UHGV virus genome: UHGV-0210052 | Direction: 5' to 3' (one strand) | Origin: a virus | Length of the DNA stretch: 38,615 bases | Shown: piece after piece, positions 30,055 to 36,899 of the stretch | Position numbering within the stretch: position 1 is the stretch's first letter | Layout: every line of letters starts with the position of its first letter | Made by a program: the position numbers and the translations under genes | The notes under the pieces: model-generated | What the model saw: the letters and a program-made list of their open reading frames with translations, nothing else | Database searches by the model: none | What the model was told of the DNA's origin: nothing

Positions 30055-30377
30055 AAATACCCTCTCTCACTTAATCGCGCCCACGCTTCGTTAAACTCTT
30101 CTCGAGTTGCGCCGGATTTTCTTTCTTCAAACATCATGCATTCGCTGATGTCTCCCCATGACTTTGATCGCTTTTCAGCGAACAGATCATCCCATTCGAA
30201 TACCCAGCGGCCTGATTTTCGGTAGTGGTAAATGGTCAGCCATGTTGTGCTGTTCGCTGGATACCCATAGAGAACTTCGACTTTTTGATCACGGTCTTTA
30301 TGCTTTTTCAGCAGGATAAAGCCAGCAACCAGCGAAGCTCCGGCAAGAATGATGATTGGAATTTGCCAGTCAGCCAC
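30051..30377 (-). CDS. hypothetical membrane-anchored protein, 108 aa
   Basis: GTG start; N-terminal TM helix IPIIILAGASLVAGFILL. Confidence 0.5.
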   Translation of the reverse strand: MADWQIPIIILAGASLVAGFILLKKHKDRDQKVEVLYGYPANSTTWLTIYHYRKSGRWVFEWDDLFAEKRSKSWGDISECMMFEERKSGATREEFNEAWARLSERGYL

Positions 30378-30391
30378 ACTTCCCTCTCCCC

Positions 30392-30424
30392 CAAATAAAA
30401 AGGCCTGCGATTACCAGCAGGCCT
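30392..30424 (-). terminator. tR2-like terminator after helicase gene
   Basis: Perfect 8 bp stem AGGCCTGC/GCAGGCCT with 8 nt loop, followed on - strand by UUUUUAUUU. Confidence 0.55.
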
Positions 30425-30452
30425 GTTATTAGCTCAGTGATGTAGGTGGTCA

Positions 30453-31904
30453 TCAGAATCCTCCTTTCTTCTTGGACTGCGGTTCCTCGCGTTCACGGCG
30501 GCGCATTTCAGCAGACTGTTGGTCTGTGTCATAAATAGCGCCATTTGCCTGAATGCAATACACCGTGCCGGTATTGCCATGACGATTGAGACGAAGGATT
30601 AGTTCGGTTTCACCAGGCGGAACACTGTCATCAAAAGCACCTTCACGATGGATCCCCACCCAATAATCGCAATCCTGTTCAATCTGCCCTGTATCGCGCG
30701 AGTCACTTGGTAATGGGCGTTTATTGGTTCGGCTTTCCAGTGCGCGGTTAAGCTGCGTCAGAAGCACAACAACGCAATCAAGCTCTTTGGCAAGGTTCTT
30801 CAGTCCTTTGGTGATCATGCCGTAAGCAAGGTCGTTACGATCGGCTTTCTCAGCGGTCATTAGTGTCAGGTAATCGACCAGAATCATCCCAACACATCCT
30901 TTTTCTCGCTTGATTCGACGGCTTTCGCTGACGATTTGAGCCAGAGATAATCCAGGCGTGTCGTCGATGTAAAGCAGGTCGATTTCACTCAAGCGATTTG
31001 CTGTTTCGATCGCCCTGTTGAAGTCACCATCGTAATCACCCTGATAGCCGTCATCAGCGTCATTTGTCGCCGGAAGGTAAAAAATATTCGGGTTAACACC
31101 AGACTTCTGCCCTACCAGTTTTTCCAGTATCTGGTCACCTGGCATTTCAAGGCTGAACATCAGAGCTGGCTTTTTCTCATGCACTGCGCAATTGATTGCC
31201 ATCTGGCTGTATAGCGTCGTTTTCCCCATCTTAGGGCGAGCGCCAATGACAAACAGAGAGCCTTTCACCAGACCTTTCGGTGACAGCATCCTGTCCAGCG
31301 ATGGGATCCCTGTGCTCATTCCTCGTTGTTCGCCTGACGGGTCAAATCGCTTCTCAAGGTCGCTAACCCAGTCTTCCATGACCTCACCAAATAAGCGAAG
31401 GCCGCGACGCGATCCGGTTTTTGCATGGTCTGTCAGTTGCGTGAAAATCGCCTGAATAGCTTCGTACTTCTGCGTTGCAGTCATTCCGTTGCGTGAATAG
31501 AGCAATTCCGTCGCTTCAGTCATGCGGTTGATGGCGTAGCGTTCCATTGCGGTTTCACGAACCTGCATTGCATAGGCAACGATGTTTGCTGCGCTTGGCG
31601 TGTTCTTTGCGATCTCAGCGATATAAGCAAAACCGCCAACAGACGCCGTTAACGATTTGCGCTCCAGTTCATCGAAAAGCGTCAGCCCATCTACTGGCTT
31701 TTGCTCCCGGTGCATTCTGGTTATTTCTTCGAAAAGGATTTTGTGTGGCCGGCTGTAAAATGAATCAGGCTTCAGCATCGCCAGAACTTTCCGGACGCGC
31801 TCACTGCTGTCATCATCCAGAAGCAATCCACCAATAACCGCCTGCTCTGCCTCGATGCTATGGGGCGGCGCATAAAAATTATCGGTCATCGTGTTCACCC
31901 TCAC
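30453..31904 (-). CDS. replicative DNA helicase, DnaB family, 483 aa
   Basis: Walker A GARPKMGKTT and DnaB-like C-terminal RecA fold motifs; GTG start; overlaps O-like gene. Confidence 0.85.
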   Translation of the reverse strand: MRVNTMTDNFYAPPHSIEAEQAVIGGLLLDDDSSERVRKVLAMLKPDSFYSRPHKILFEEITRMHREQKPVDGLTLFDELERKSLTASVGGFAYIAEIAKNTPSAANIVAYAMQVRETAMERYAINRMTEATELLYSRNGMTATQKYEAIQAIFTQLTDHAKTGSRRGLRLFGEVMEDWVSDLEKRFDPSGEQRGMSTGIPSLDRMLSPKGLVKGSLFVIGARPKMGKTTLYSQMAINCAVHEKKPALMFSLEMPGDQILEKLVGQKSGVNPNIFYLPATNDADDGYQGDYDGDFNRAIETANRLSEIDLLYIDDTPGLSLAQIVSESRRIKREKGCVGMILVDYLTLMTAEKADRNDLAYGMITKGLKNLAKELDCVVVLLTQLNRALESRTNKRPLPSDSRDTGQIEQDCDYWVGIHREGAFDDSVPPGETELILRLNRHGNTGTVYCIQANGAIYDTDQQSAEMRRREREEPQSKKKGGF

Positions 31905-32769
31905 GAACTTTCAGGTAGGTATTGTCGTTAAGCAGGAAATCAAATCCCTTTTTGTGCCAGACGGTTCCGCGTTGATGGTTTGGGCGTTCTTCGAACATCC
32001 ATCGGCAATTTTCGCCTACGTAGCTCAAATAATTTCTCCAGTCCTGCATCGTGAACCCATGCCCGTCAAGCTGGCGGGTTATCACTCCGGCTTTGCGCCA
32101 GAACGTTCGGATCTGGTTTTTACGCTTGTCATTCAGTGCGCGGATTCTTGGCGCTTCAGGAAGGATTTCGTGGTAAGCATCGACAACATCCTGACAGCTA
32201 ACGGAAGGTTTTTTCTTGTCAGACTTTTTGTCTGCTGTGGCACTCTCTAATACGTCAGTATTAGAGATATTATTTATATTATTGTTTATGGACAACCGTT
32301 GGACAACCGTTGGACAATCTCCGCTGAGAGCCGCGCCATTACTGGGGTTTGCGTTGGACAACCGTTGGACAACCGTTGGACAATTTTTTGCCTGAAAATC
32401 GTCATATTTAACGATTGTAAACAGGCTAAATTTCTTCCCCATCGAGCAAATATTAAGCATCCCTTTCGACTCAAAAGTCCGTAATAAGCTCCGAACTTTG
32501 TTGTCGGGGATGAATGTTTCTCTGACCAGCGACGGGCGTCCAGTTATCATCTGACCGCGATCAACAGTTATCGGACCGATATCCGTATTGACGACAGTAG
32601 ATTCGTGATTAGCCTTGAGGATTAAGTGAAGCCAAAGATGTACTGCCTGAGAGTCCTTATAGAGCCTGCTGTCCATAAACTGGCGGTGTATAGAGACATA
32701 CCCCATACTGGATGCCTCCTGATGTTGTACAGGGTTATGCCTGTAATCAGCTAACTTAACGACGCCCAT
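31879..32769 (-). CDS. replication initiation protein (lambda O-like role) containing origin iterons, 296 aa
   Basis: Position upstream of helicase; internal CPTVVQRLS peptide repeats encoded by DNA iterons. Confidence 0.75.
   Translation of the reverse strand: MGVVKLADYRHNPVQHQEASSMGYVSIHRQFMDSRLYKDSQAVHLWLHLILKANHESTVVNTDIGPITVDRGQMITGRPSLVRETFIPDNKVRSLLRTFESKGMLNICSMGKKFSLFTIVKYDDFQAKNCPTVVQRLSNANPSNGAALSGDCPTVVQRLSINNNINNISNTDVLESATADKKSDKKKPSVSCQDVVDAYHEILPEAPRIRALNDKRKNQIRTFWRKAGVITRQLDGHGFTMQDWRNYLSYVGENCRWMFEERPNHQRGTVWHKKGFDFLLNDNTYLKVREGEHDDR
32288..32386. repeat. origin iterons: two clusters of three 11 bp GGACAACCGTT repeats
   Basis: Tandem copies at 32290-32320 and 32356-32386, followed on the - strand by an AT-rich tract. 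Confidence 0.7.
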
Positions 32770-32917
32770 GTTTCACTCCTGCTTTTGCTAGTCTGTAAAC
32801 ACCAACAAGGCGCTCTGCGAACGCCCTGTTATTTGCTGCGGCTACCACTAATCCCTCAGGTGAATCAGGGTGTCGAATCTCTTCTTTTTCCTGGTATTTC
32901 TTACGACGTTTTGTCAT
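32756..32917 (-). CDS. small basic hypothetical protein, 53 aa
   Basis: ATG 32917 with AGGAG SD; stop overlaps start of O-like gene; below track cutoff. Confidence 0.35.
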   Translation of the reverse strand: MTKRRKKYQEKEEIRHPDSPEGLVVAAANNRAFAERLVGVYRLAKAGVKHGRR

Positions 32918-32926
32918 AATTACTCC

Positions 32927-32995
32927 TGTGGATTGATCCAGTCTTTCTACATCAGGCCTCGAAGAATTCGCCGTTCTTCGGGGCTTTTTCTTTTG
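32927..32995 (+). ncRNA. OOP-like antisense RNA opposite the cII 3-prime end
   Basis: Strong + strand terminator (10 bp stem CCTCGAAGAA/TTCTTCGGGG then TTTTTCTTTT) inside the cII 3-prime end; CATAAT -10-like box at 32915-32920. Confidence 0.4.
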
Positions 32996-33230
32996 TCAGC
33001 ATTCTGGCTACTTTCTTAGCCAGTTCCGCCAACTCCTCGTCTTCAACACCCCACTCCAGTACAGCCAGAAGCATGGCCATCTTTGGGATAAAGCTGTCTT
33101 TCCATCGCGAAATTTGCGATTCATTGATCCCTAATGCGTCGGCCACCTTTCGCTGACCACGTACAGCAATTCGATTCAGGATGTTGCTTGTAATTGCATT
33201 CGCTTTCTTGCGAGTACTTGTAAGTTGCAT
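32952..33230 (-). CDS. cII: CII transcriptional activator, 92 aa
   Basis: SQISRWKDSFIPKMAMLLAVLEWGV matches lambda CII core as recalled. Confidence 0.85.
   Translation of the reverse strand: MQLTSTRKKANAITSNILNRIAVRGQRKVADALGINESQISRWKDSFIPKMAMLLAVLEWGVEDEELAELAKKVARMLTKEKAPKNGEFFEA
33184..33197 (+). promoter_or_regulatory. CII binding site TTGC-N6-TTGC (PRE -35 region)
   Basis: TTGCTTGTAATTGC on + strand inside the cII 5-prime coding region, oriented toward cI. Confidence 0.5.
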
Positions 33231-33288
33231 ATGTAAGTATTTCCTTAACTAATAAGAAGTTATGCGCATCAACTTATGCGCGTTGTAT

Positions 33289-33332
33289 TCCCGCATTTCG
33301 GCGGGAATGAGGACCATGACTGTTAAAGAGCG
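33289..33332 (-). promoter_or_regulatory. nutR (boxA CGCTCTTTAACA, boxB hairpin)
   Basis: On - strand boxA-like CGCTCTTTAACA after cro stop, then UCCCGCCGAAAUGCGGGA stem-loop; same elements recur at nutL. Confidence 0.6.
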
Positions 33333-33338
33333 GTGTTA

Positions 33339-33539
33339 CTATTTGTTTTTCTTGTTGCTTGGGAAAGGACGAACTTCCTCTCCAATCACACTGCCATCAG
33401 GCTTTACCGTAACCATGATGTTACGGCCTGCCAGAATGGCCTTGCTGATAGCGCACTGGATTACACCAAAGTCACTGGCTGCTTTAGCCTGTCCATGGAT
33501 TTTGGCGTAATCGGCAAGTGTCATTCGAATCATATGCAC
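33339..33539 (-). CDS. cro: Cro repressor, 66 aa
   Basis: [49 protein letters not shown] closely resembles lambda Cro as recalled; GTG start. Confidence 0.85.
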   Translation of the reverse strand: MHMIRMTLADYAKIHGQAKAASDFGVIQCAISKAILAGRNIMVTVKPDGSVIGEEVRPFPSNKKNK

Positions 33540-33562
33540 TCTCCGTTATTAACCATGAACAA

Positions 33563-33591
33563 AGAATACTACAGGTATTCAAAGCAATCAA
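33563..33591 (-). promoter_or_regulatory. PR promoter
   Basis: On - strand TTGATT, 17 bp spacer, TATTCT; overlaps OR1/OR2. Confidence 0.5.
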
Positions 33592-33628
33592 TACTCAGGG
33601 TATTTTTAGTTTAAGTACCTTAGCTATT
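33565..33628. promoter_or_regulatory. OR operator array (three 15 bp AATAC-N5-GTATT sites)
   Basis: AATACTACAGGTATT 33565-33579, AATACTCAGGGTATT 33590-33604, degenerate AGTACCTTAGCTATT 33614-33628. Confidence 0.6.
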
Positions 33629-33633
33629 AGAAT
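33605..33633 (+). promoter_or_regulatory. PRM promoter (leaderless cI transcript)
   Basis: TAGAAT at 33628-33633, 7 nt before cI ATG with no SD; weak -35 TTTAGT. Confidence 0.4.
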
Positions 33634-33639
33634 TAAGCT

Positions 33640-34356
33640 ATGGAAAATAAAAAATCACTGACGACAGAACAGCTCGAAGACGCTAAGCGGCTTAAGGCTT
33701 TGTATGAGTCAAAAAAGAAAGAATTGGGAATAACCCAATACTCAATCGCTGATGAACTGGGTATCACCCAAGGAGCGGTAGGGCATTATCTTAATGGCAG
33801 AAACGCGCTAAACGTTGAGGTTGCATCTGGTTTTGCACGATTGTTGCAAGTCTCAATTGCTGATTTTAGCCAGTCAATTGCTGCCAAGGTTGCAGAACAG
33901 GCAGAAAGCCTTAAGAGCGATGCCAACGTAAGGTATGCAGGGGAATACAGAGCAGGAAAGAGGTATCCGGTGTTAAGCAGTATCCAGGCTGGCTCGTGGT
34001 GTGAAGCATGCGAACCATACACCATTAAAGACATAGATGTTTGGCTTGAGTCTGACGCGCATATTCAAGGTAATGCGTTTTGGCTTAAAGTGGAAGGTGA
34101 TTCAATGACGGCACCGGTTGGGTTAAGCATTCCAGAGGGAACATTCGTTCTTTTCGATACCGGAAGGGAGGCGATCAACGGCAGCTTGGTCATAGCAAAA
34201 CTTTCTGACTCTAACGAAGCAACATTCAAGAAGCTGATAATCGACGGCGGAAATAAATACCTCAAGGGACTTAATCCTGCATGGCCTCTCGTGCCAATCA
34301 ATGGAAACTGCAAGATTATAGGCGTTGCAATTGAGACAAAACTAAGGCTGGTTTGA
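33640..34356 (+). CDS. cI: CI repressor (HTH N-terminus, LexA-like S24 C-terminus), 238 aa
   Basis: LTTEQLEDAKRLKALYESKKKELG, Ser/Lys dyad context (EGDSM ... FKKL); resembles lambda CI as recalled. Confidence 0.9.
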   Translation: MENKKSLTTEQLEDAKRLKALYESKKKELGITQYSIADELGITQGAVGHYLNGRNALNVEVASGFARLLQVSIADFSQSIAAKVAEQAESLKSDANVRYAGEYRAGKRYPVLSSIQAGSWCEACEPYTIKDIDVWLESDAHIQGNAFWLKVEGDSMTAPVGLSIPEGTFVLFDTGREAINGSLVIAKLSDSNEATFKKLIIDGGNKYLKGLNPAWPLVPINGNCKIIGVAIETKLRLV

Positions 34357-34373
34357 TCACGCAAGGGGCGATT

Positions 34374-34742
34374 ATGGTTGGAACCGCTATAGCAAGCTTT
34401 TTTGGGATGTTGGCAATCTCGACAATTTACGGCTTAGCGCATGCTTTTATTGCGAAATCTCTATCAGAAAAAATAAGCCAGGCTTGGGCGCATAGATCAG
34501 CTCGTTTCATGATTCTTGTGATCATAGCAATACAAGGGATATCTGCATTTATCCTCTATGGATCAAGCTTATACCTATTGTATCAAGGCGCGACATTTAC
34601 GCCTTACACCAGTGATTACGGAACTCTATACGATGGTAGTGAAGACATCACTGTGGCTTGGATCGTCTTTGGTTTATCTATGGCCGTGTCTGTTGTAGCA
34701 GACATCATTAAGGTAATTCTCGTCTTAACCTTCGCTGACTAA
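34374..34742 (+). CDS. small multi-TM membrane protein co-transcribed with cI, 122 aa
   Basis: ATG 34374 with AAGGGG SD; starts 18 nt after cI stop; three predicted TM helices; no motif recognised. Confidence 0.5.
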   Translation: MVGTAIASFFGMLAISTIYGLAHAFIAKSLSEKISQAWAHRSARFMILVIIAIQGISAFILYGSSLYLLYQGATFTPYTSDYGTLYDGSEDITVAWIVFGLSMAVSVVADIIKVILVLTFAD

Positions 34743-34828
34743 CCCATAATCCCGACAGCAATAGCTATCGGGATCCACTTCACATATCCCGCATAAAAAT
34801 CACTGAACAAGCAGACAGCGAAAAAATA

Positions 34829-34913
34829 AATATCCTTTGTATTCATTTGTTTATCATTATTTCATCAAAAATAAATACCTTGGGTATTTACACAATAAAA
34901 TACCTACAGTATT
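34829..34913. promoter_or_regulatory. OL operator array
   Basis: AATATCCTTTGTATT 34829-34843, AATACCTTGGGTATT 34874-34888, AATACCTACAGTATT 34899-34913; same consensus as OR. Confidence 0.55.
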
Positions 34914-34915
34914 CT
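34887..34915 (+). promoter_or_regulatory. PL promoter
   Basis: TTTACA, 17 bp spacer, TATTCT; overlaps OL sites; about 195 nt upstream of N. Confidence 0.5.
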
Positions 34916-34961
34916 TTAGCCATCAGCAGGACGCTGGAAGCCAAACGGAACAGATTGGCAG

Positions 34962-35002
34962 GCTCTTTAACATTGATGGGATTGTCCCGCCGAAATGCGG
35001 GA
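34962..35002 (+). promoter_or_regulatory. nutL (boxA GCTCTTTAACA, boxB hairpin)
   Basis: boxA 34962-34972; boxB TCCCGCCGAAATGCGGGA 34985-35002, identical to the nutR boxB. Confidence 0.6.
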
Positions 35003-35109
35003 ACCAAAGAGTAGTTGGCTTTGGGGTGGCGTGAAGTGCAGCTGCACGACGGCAACCGGAAGATAAGCACCCGGCGCGTCACCGCCAAAGTCAATCATCG
35101 GAGGTCAAC

Positions 35110-35382
35110 ATGACAGTAGTCATTACATATCTGGCTGACGATAACGCCAGAAATCGCCGCAGAGCACGCAGACAGGCTCAACGTGAACAGGCAATGCAAG
35201 AGCAGCGACTGGCACGAAAAATTGCGCTAAAGCTCTCTGGTTGCGTCAGAGCAGATAAAGCAGCATCACTCGGAAGCCTTCGCTGCAAGAAGGCAGATGA
35301 ATGCAGTGGAAGTATTTGCCTGCCAAACGTAGCCATTTACGCGGCAGGCTACCGGAAATCAAAACAACTGACAGCGAGGTAA
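35110..35382 (+). CDS. N: N antiterminator, P22 gp24 type, 90 aa
   Basis: Arg-rich N-terminus NARNRRRARRQAQREQ; C-terminus AIYAAGYRKSKQLTAR resembles P22 gene 24 protein as recalled; GGAGG SD. Confidence 0.8.
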   Translation: MTVVITYLADDNARNRRRARRQAQREQAMQEQRLARKIALKLSGCVRADKAASLGSLRCKKADECSGSICLPNVAIYAAGYRKSKQLTAR

Positions 35383-35610
35383 GTGGTGAATCAGACATAC
35401 ATTCCATCATGCTTGAGAAATCTGCCAAAGCAGAAAGCAAAGCCCCGCAAGCAAGCCATAAAGGACGCTAAGGCAGAGGTTATTGATCAAGCAATACAAT
35501 TGCTCAGGGAGGAGTTAAGAAGTGGCAAGCTCGAAGGAATGATGATGCCCTATCAGCGCGGATATCTATCGGCGATTAGTAAGTTGGAAGTATTGAAGAG
35601 TGAATTATGA
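35383..35610 (+). CDS. hypothetical protein, 75 aa
   Basis: GTG start directly after N stop; basic N-terminus, helical C-terminus. Confidence 0.4.
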   Translation: MVNQTYIPSCLRNLPKQKAKPRKQAIKDAKAEVIDQAIQLLREELRSGKLEGMMMPYQRGYLSAISKLEVLKSEL

Positions 35611-35665
35611 ACTATCTGGAATTTCCGGATGGTTCATTGTTTTGGCAGCAAGCATAGAGGTGAAT

Positions 35666-35962
35666 ATGGAATTCAAAGGTACTAAAGGTAAGTGGGAAAT
35701 AATGATGGATGGCGATGAGATTAAAATCATCCAGGCAGACTCACTTGAAAATGGCGCAGGCTGGCGTTCGTATATTGCAATCTGTGAGGAAGTTCAATGC
35801 ATTGAAGATGCCAATCTAATAGCGGCAGCACCTGACCTTCTCGAAGCACTTCAGTTATTACTTAAGCAAGCCAAAAATAGAACAACGACAACATATCCAG
35901 AATGGTATGGAGCTGTTAATAAGGCTCTCGAAGCTATCAAAAAAGCTATAGGTGATGAATAA
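35666..35962 (+). CDS. hypothetical protein, 98 aa (alternative start 35600)
   Basis: ATG 35666 preceded by GAGGTG SD; AT-rich; stop shares a base with next ATG. Confidence 0.4.
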   Translation: MEFKGTKGKWEIMMDGDEIKIIQADSLENGAGWRSYIAICEEVQCIEDANLIAAAPDLLEALQLLLKQAKNRTTTTYPEWYGAVNKALEAIKKAIGDE

Positions 35963-36150
35963 TGAAAGTAAAAATAACTGCTTCTAATACCAGTTTTGTT
36001 AGTGTTGGTGATATTACAGAAGTAATAACAAACCATGATGGAACACAAGTTATGTGGTCTGATTTCTGTAAAAGATATGAGCGAGTTAGTTGGTGTAAAC
36101 TCGTATGGGGCGTCGAATACGAAGAATTACCTGAAATGCATGACGAATAA
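35962..36150 (+). CDS. hypothetical protein, 62 aa
   Basis: ATG overlapping upstream TAA; AT-rich; followed by inverted repeat and terminator. Confidence 0.45.
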   Translation: MKVKITASNTSFVSVGDITEVITNHDGTQVMWSDFCKRYERVSWCKLVWGVEYEELPEMHDE

Positions 36151-36245
36151 GCACTGTGTATTCATTCCAACGAGTGAATACACGGAGCAATGTCGCTCGT
36201 AACTAAACAGGAGCCGACTTGTTCTGATTATTGGAAATCTTCTTT

Positions 36246-36271
36246 GCCCTCCAATGTGAGGGCCTTTTTAT
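36246..36271 (+). terminator. rho-independent terminator inside the PL operon (tL-like)
   Basis: GCCCTC-CAATGT-GAGGGC hairpin followed by CTTTTTAT. Confidence 0.6.
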
Positions 36272-36335
36272 ATGCATACCAATAACGCTTCACGAGAGGC
36301 GTTTTCGTTATGCAATCAAACAGAAGGAGCATCCT

Positions 36336-36506
36336 ATGCAACAGTTCGCTATTGCAGGGGCGGCATCGGTTCGCCCTTTCAACCCGATTTTATCGGTACA
36401 GCATTCACGAAAAAATATTTTAACCGGAGCAGACTTTAAACAACCAAGAATGAAAAGTTTGCTCGAAAAGCTTTGGGATATTTTGAAACAACAAGGCCGT
36501 CCATGA
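36336..36506 (+). CDS. cIII: CIII-like protein (FtsH inhibitor), 56 aa
   Basis: MQQFAIAG ... KSLLEKLWDILKQQGRP parallels lambda CIII MQYAIAG ... RLIDILNQPG as recalled; AAGGAG SD; track start 36231 rejected (spans terminator). Confidence 0.7.
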   Translation: MQQFAIAGAASVRPFNPILSVQHSRKNILTGADFKQPRMKSLLEKLWDILKQQGRP

Positions 36507-36610
36507 GTTTTACAGATAACTGGTCAGACGAAGAATTCATTCGTCAGATGAACAAAATGCTCAATCAGCACAAAGAACAGGAGAAAGATGATGATTCTGA
36601 CTCTGAATGA
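36503..36610 (+). CDS. small acidic hypothetical peptide, 35 aa
   Basis: ATG overlaps cIII stop (ATGA); overlaps next gene in another frame. Confidence 0.3.
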   Translation: MSFTDNWSDEEFIRQMNKMLNQHKEQEKDDDSDSE

Positions 36611-36899
36611 TAAGCGTGAAATATCGCAAATAATCGCAAGTTTTACTGATGAAGATTACGAACGAATCAACAGTGAAGTTGATCGCCTCTGCAAACGTTG
36701 CGACCCAATAAGCGAAATGCTTCGCTCATATAAACCAGATGAACACACTAAGGACGCTATCGACTGGCTGGAAGATGATGACTGTAACTATCAGGAAAAA
36801 GCCGCTGAATGGTTCTGGGATGCAATAACCGAAAGAGTTAAGGCTGAATATGCCTTCGCAATATTCAAACGCAGACACATTTTTGGAGAAGCAGCATGA
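36588..36899 (+). CDS. hypothetical protein, 103 aa
   Basis: AGGAG SD before ATG 36588; directly upstream of recT. Confidence 0.5.
   Translation: MMILTLNDKREISQIIASFTDEDYERINSEVDRLCKRCDPISEMLRSYKPDEHTKDAIDWLEDDDCNYQEKAAEWFWDAITERVKAEYAFAIFKRRHIFGEAA

Noticed and set aside
32286-32484. Small ORFs on both strands over the iteron region; possible CRISPR-like repeats
   Set aside because: Artefacts of the 11 bp tandem iterons inside the O-like gene; repeats are contiguous with no spacers, so not a CRISPR array.
34837-35034. 65 aa ORF spanning OL/PL and nutL
   Set aside because: Covers operators, promoter and nut site of the early-left control region; coding is unlikely.
36231-36335. N-terminal extension of the cIII ORF (track 91 aa)
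   Set aside because: The extension contains the intrinsic terminator at 36246-36271; the CIII-like sequence starts at ATG 36336 behind an AAGGAG SD.
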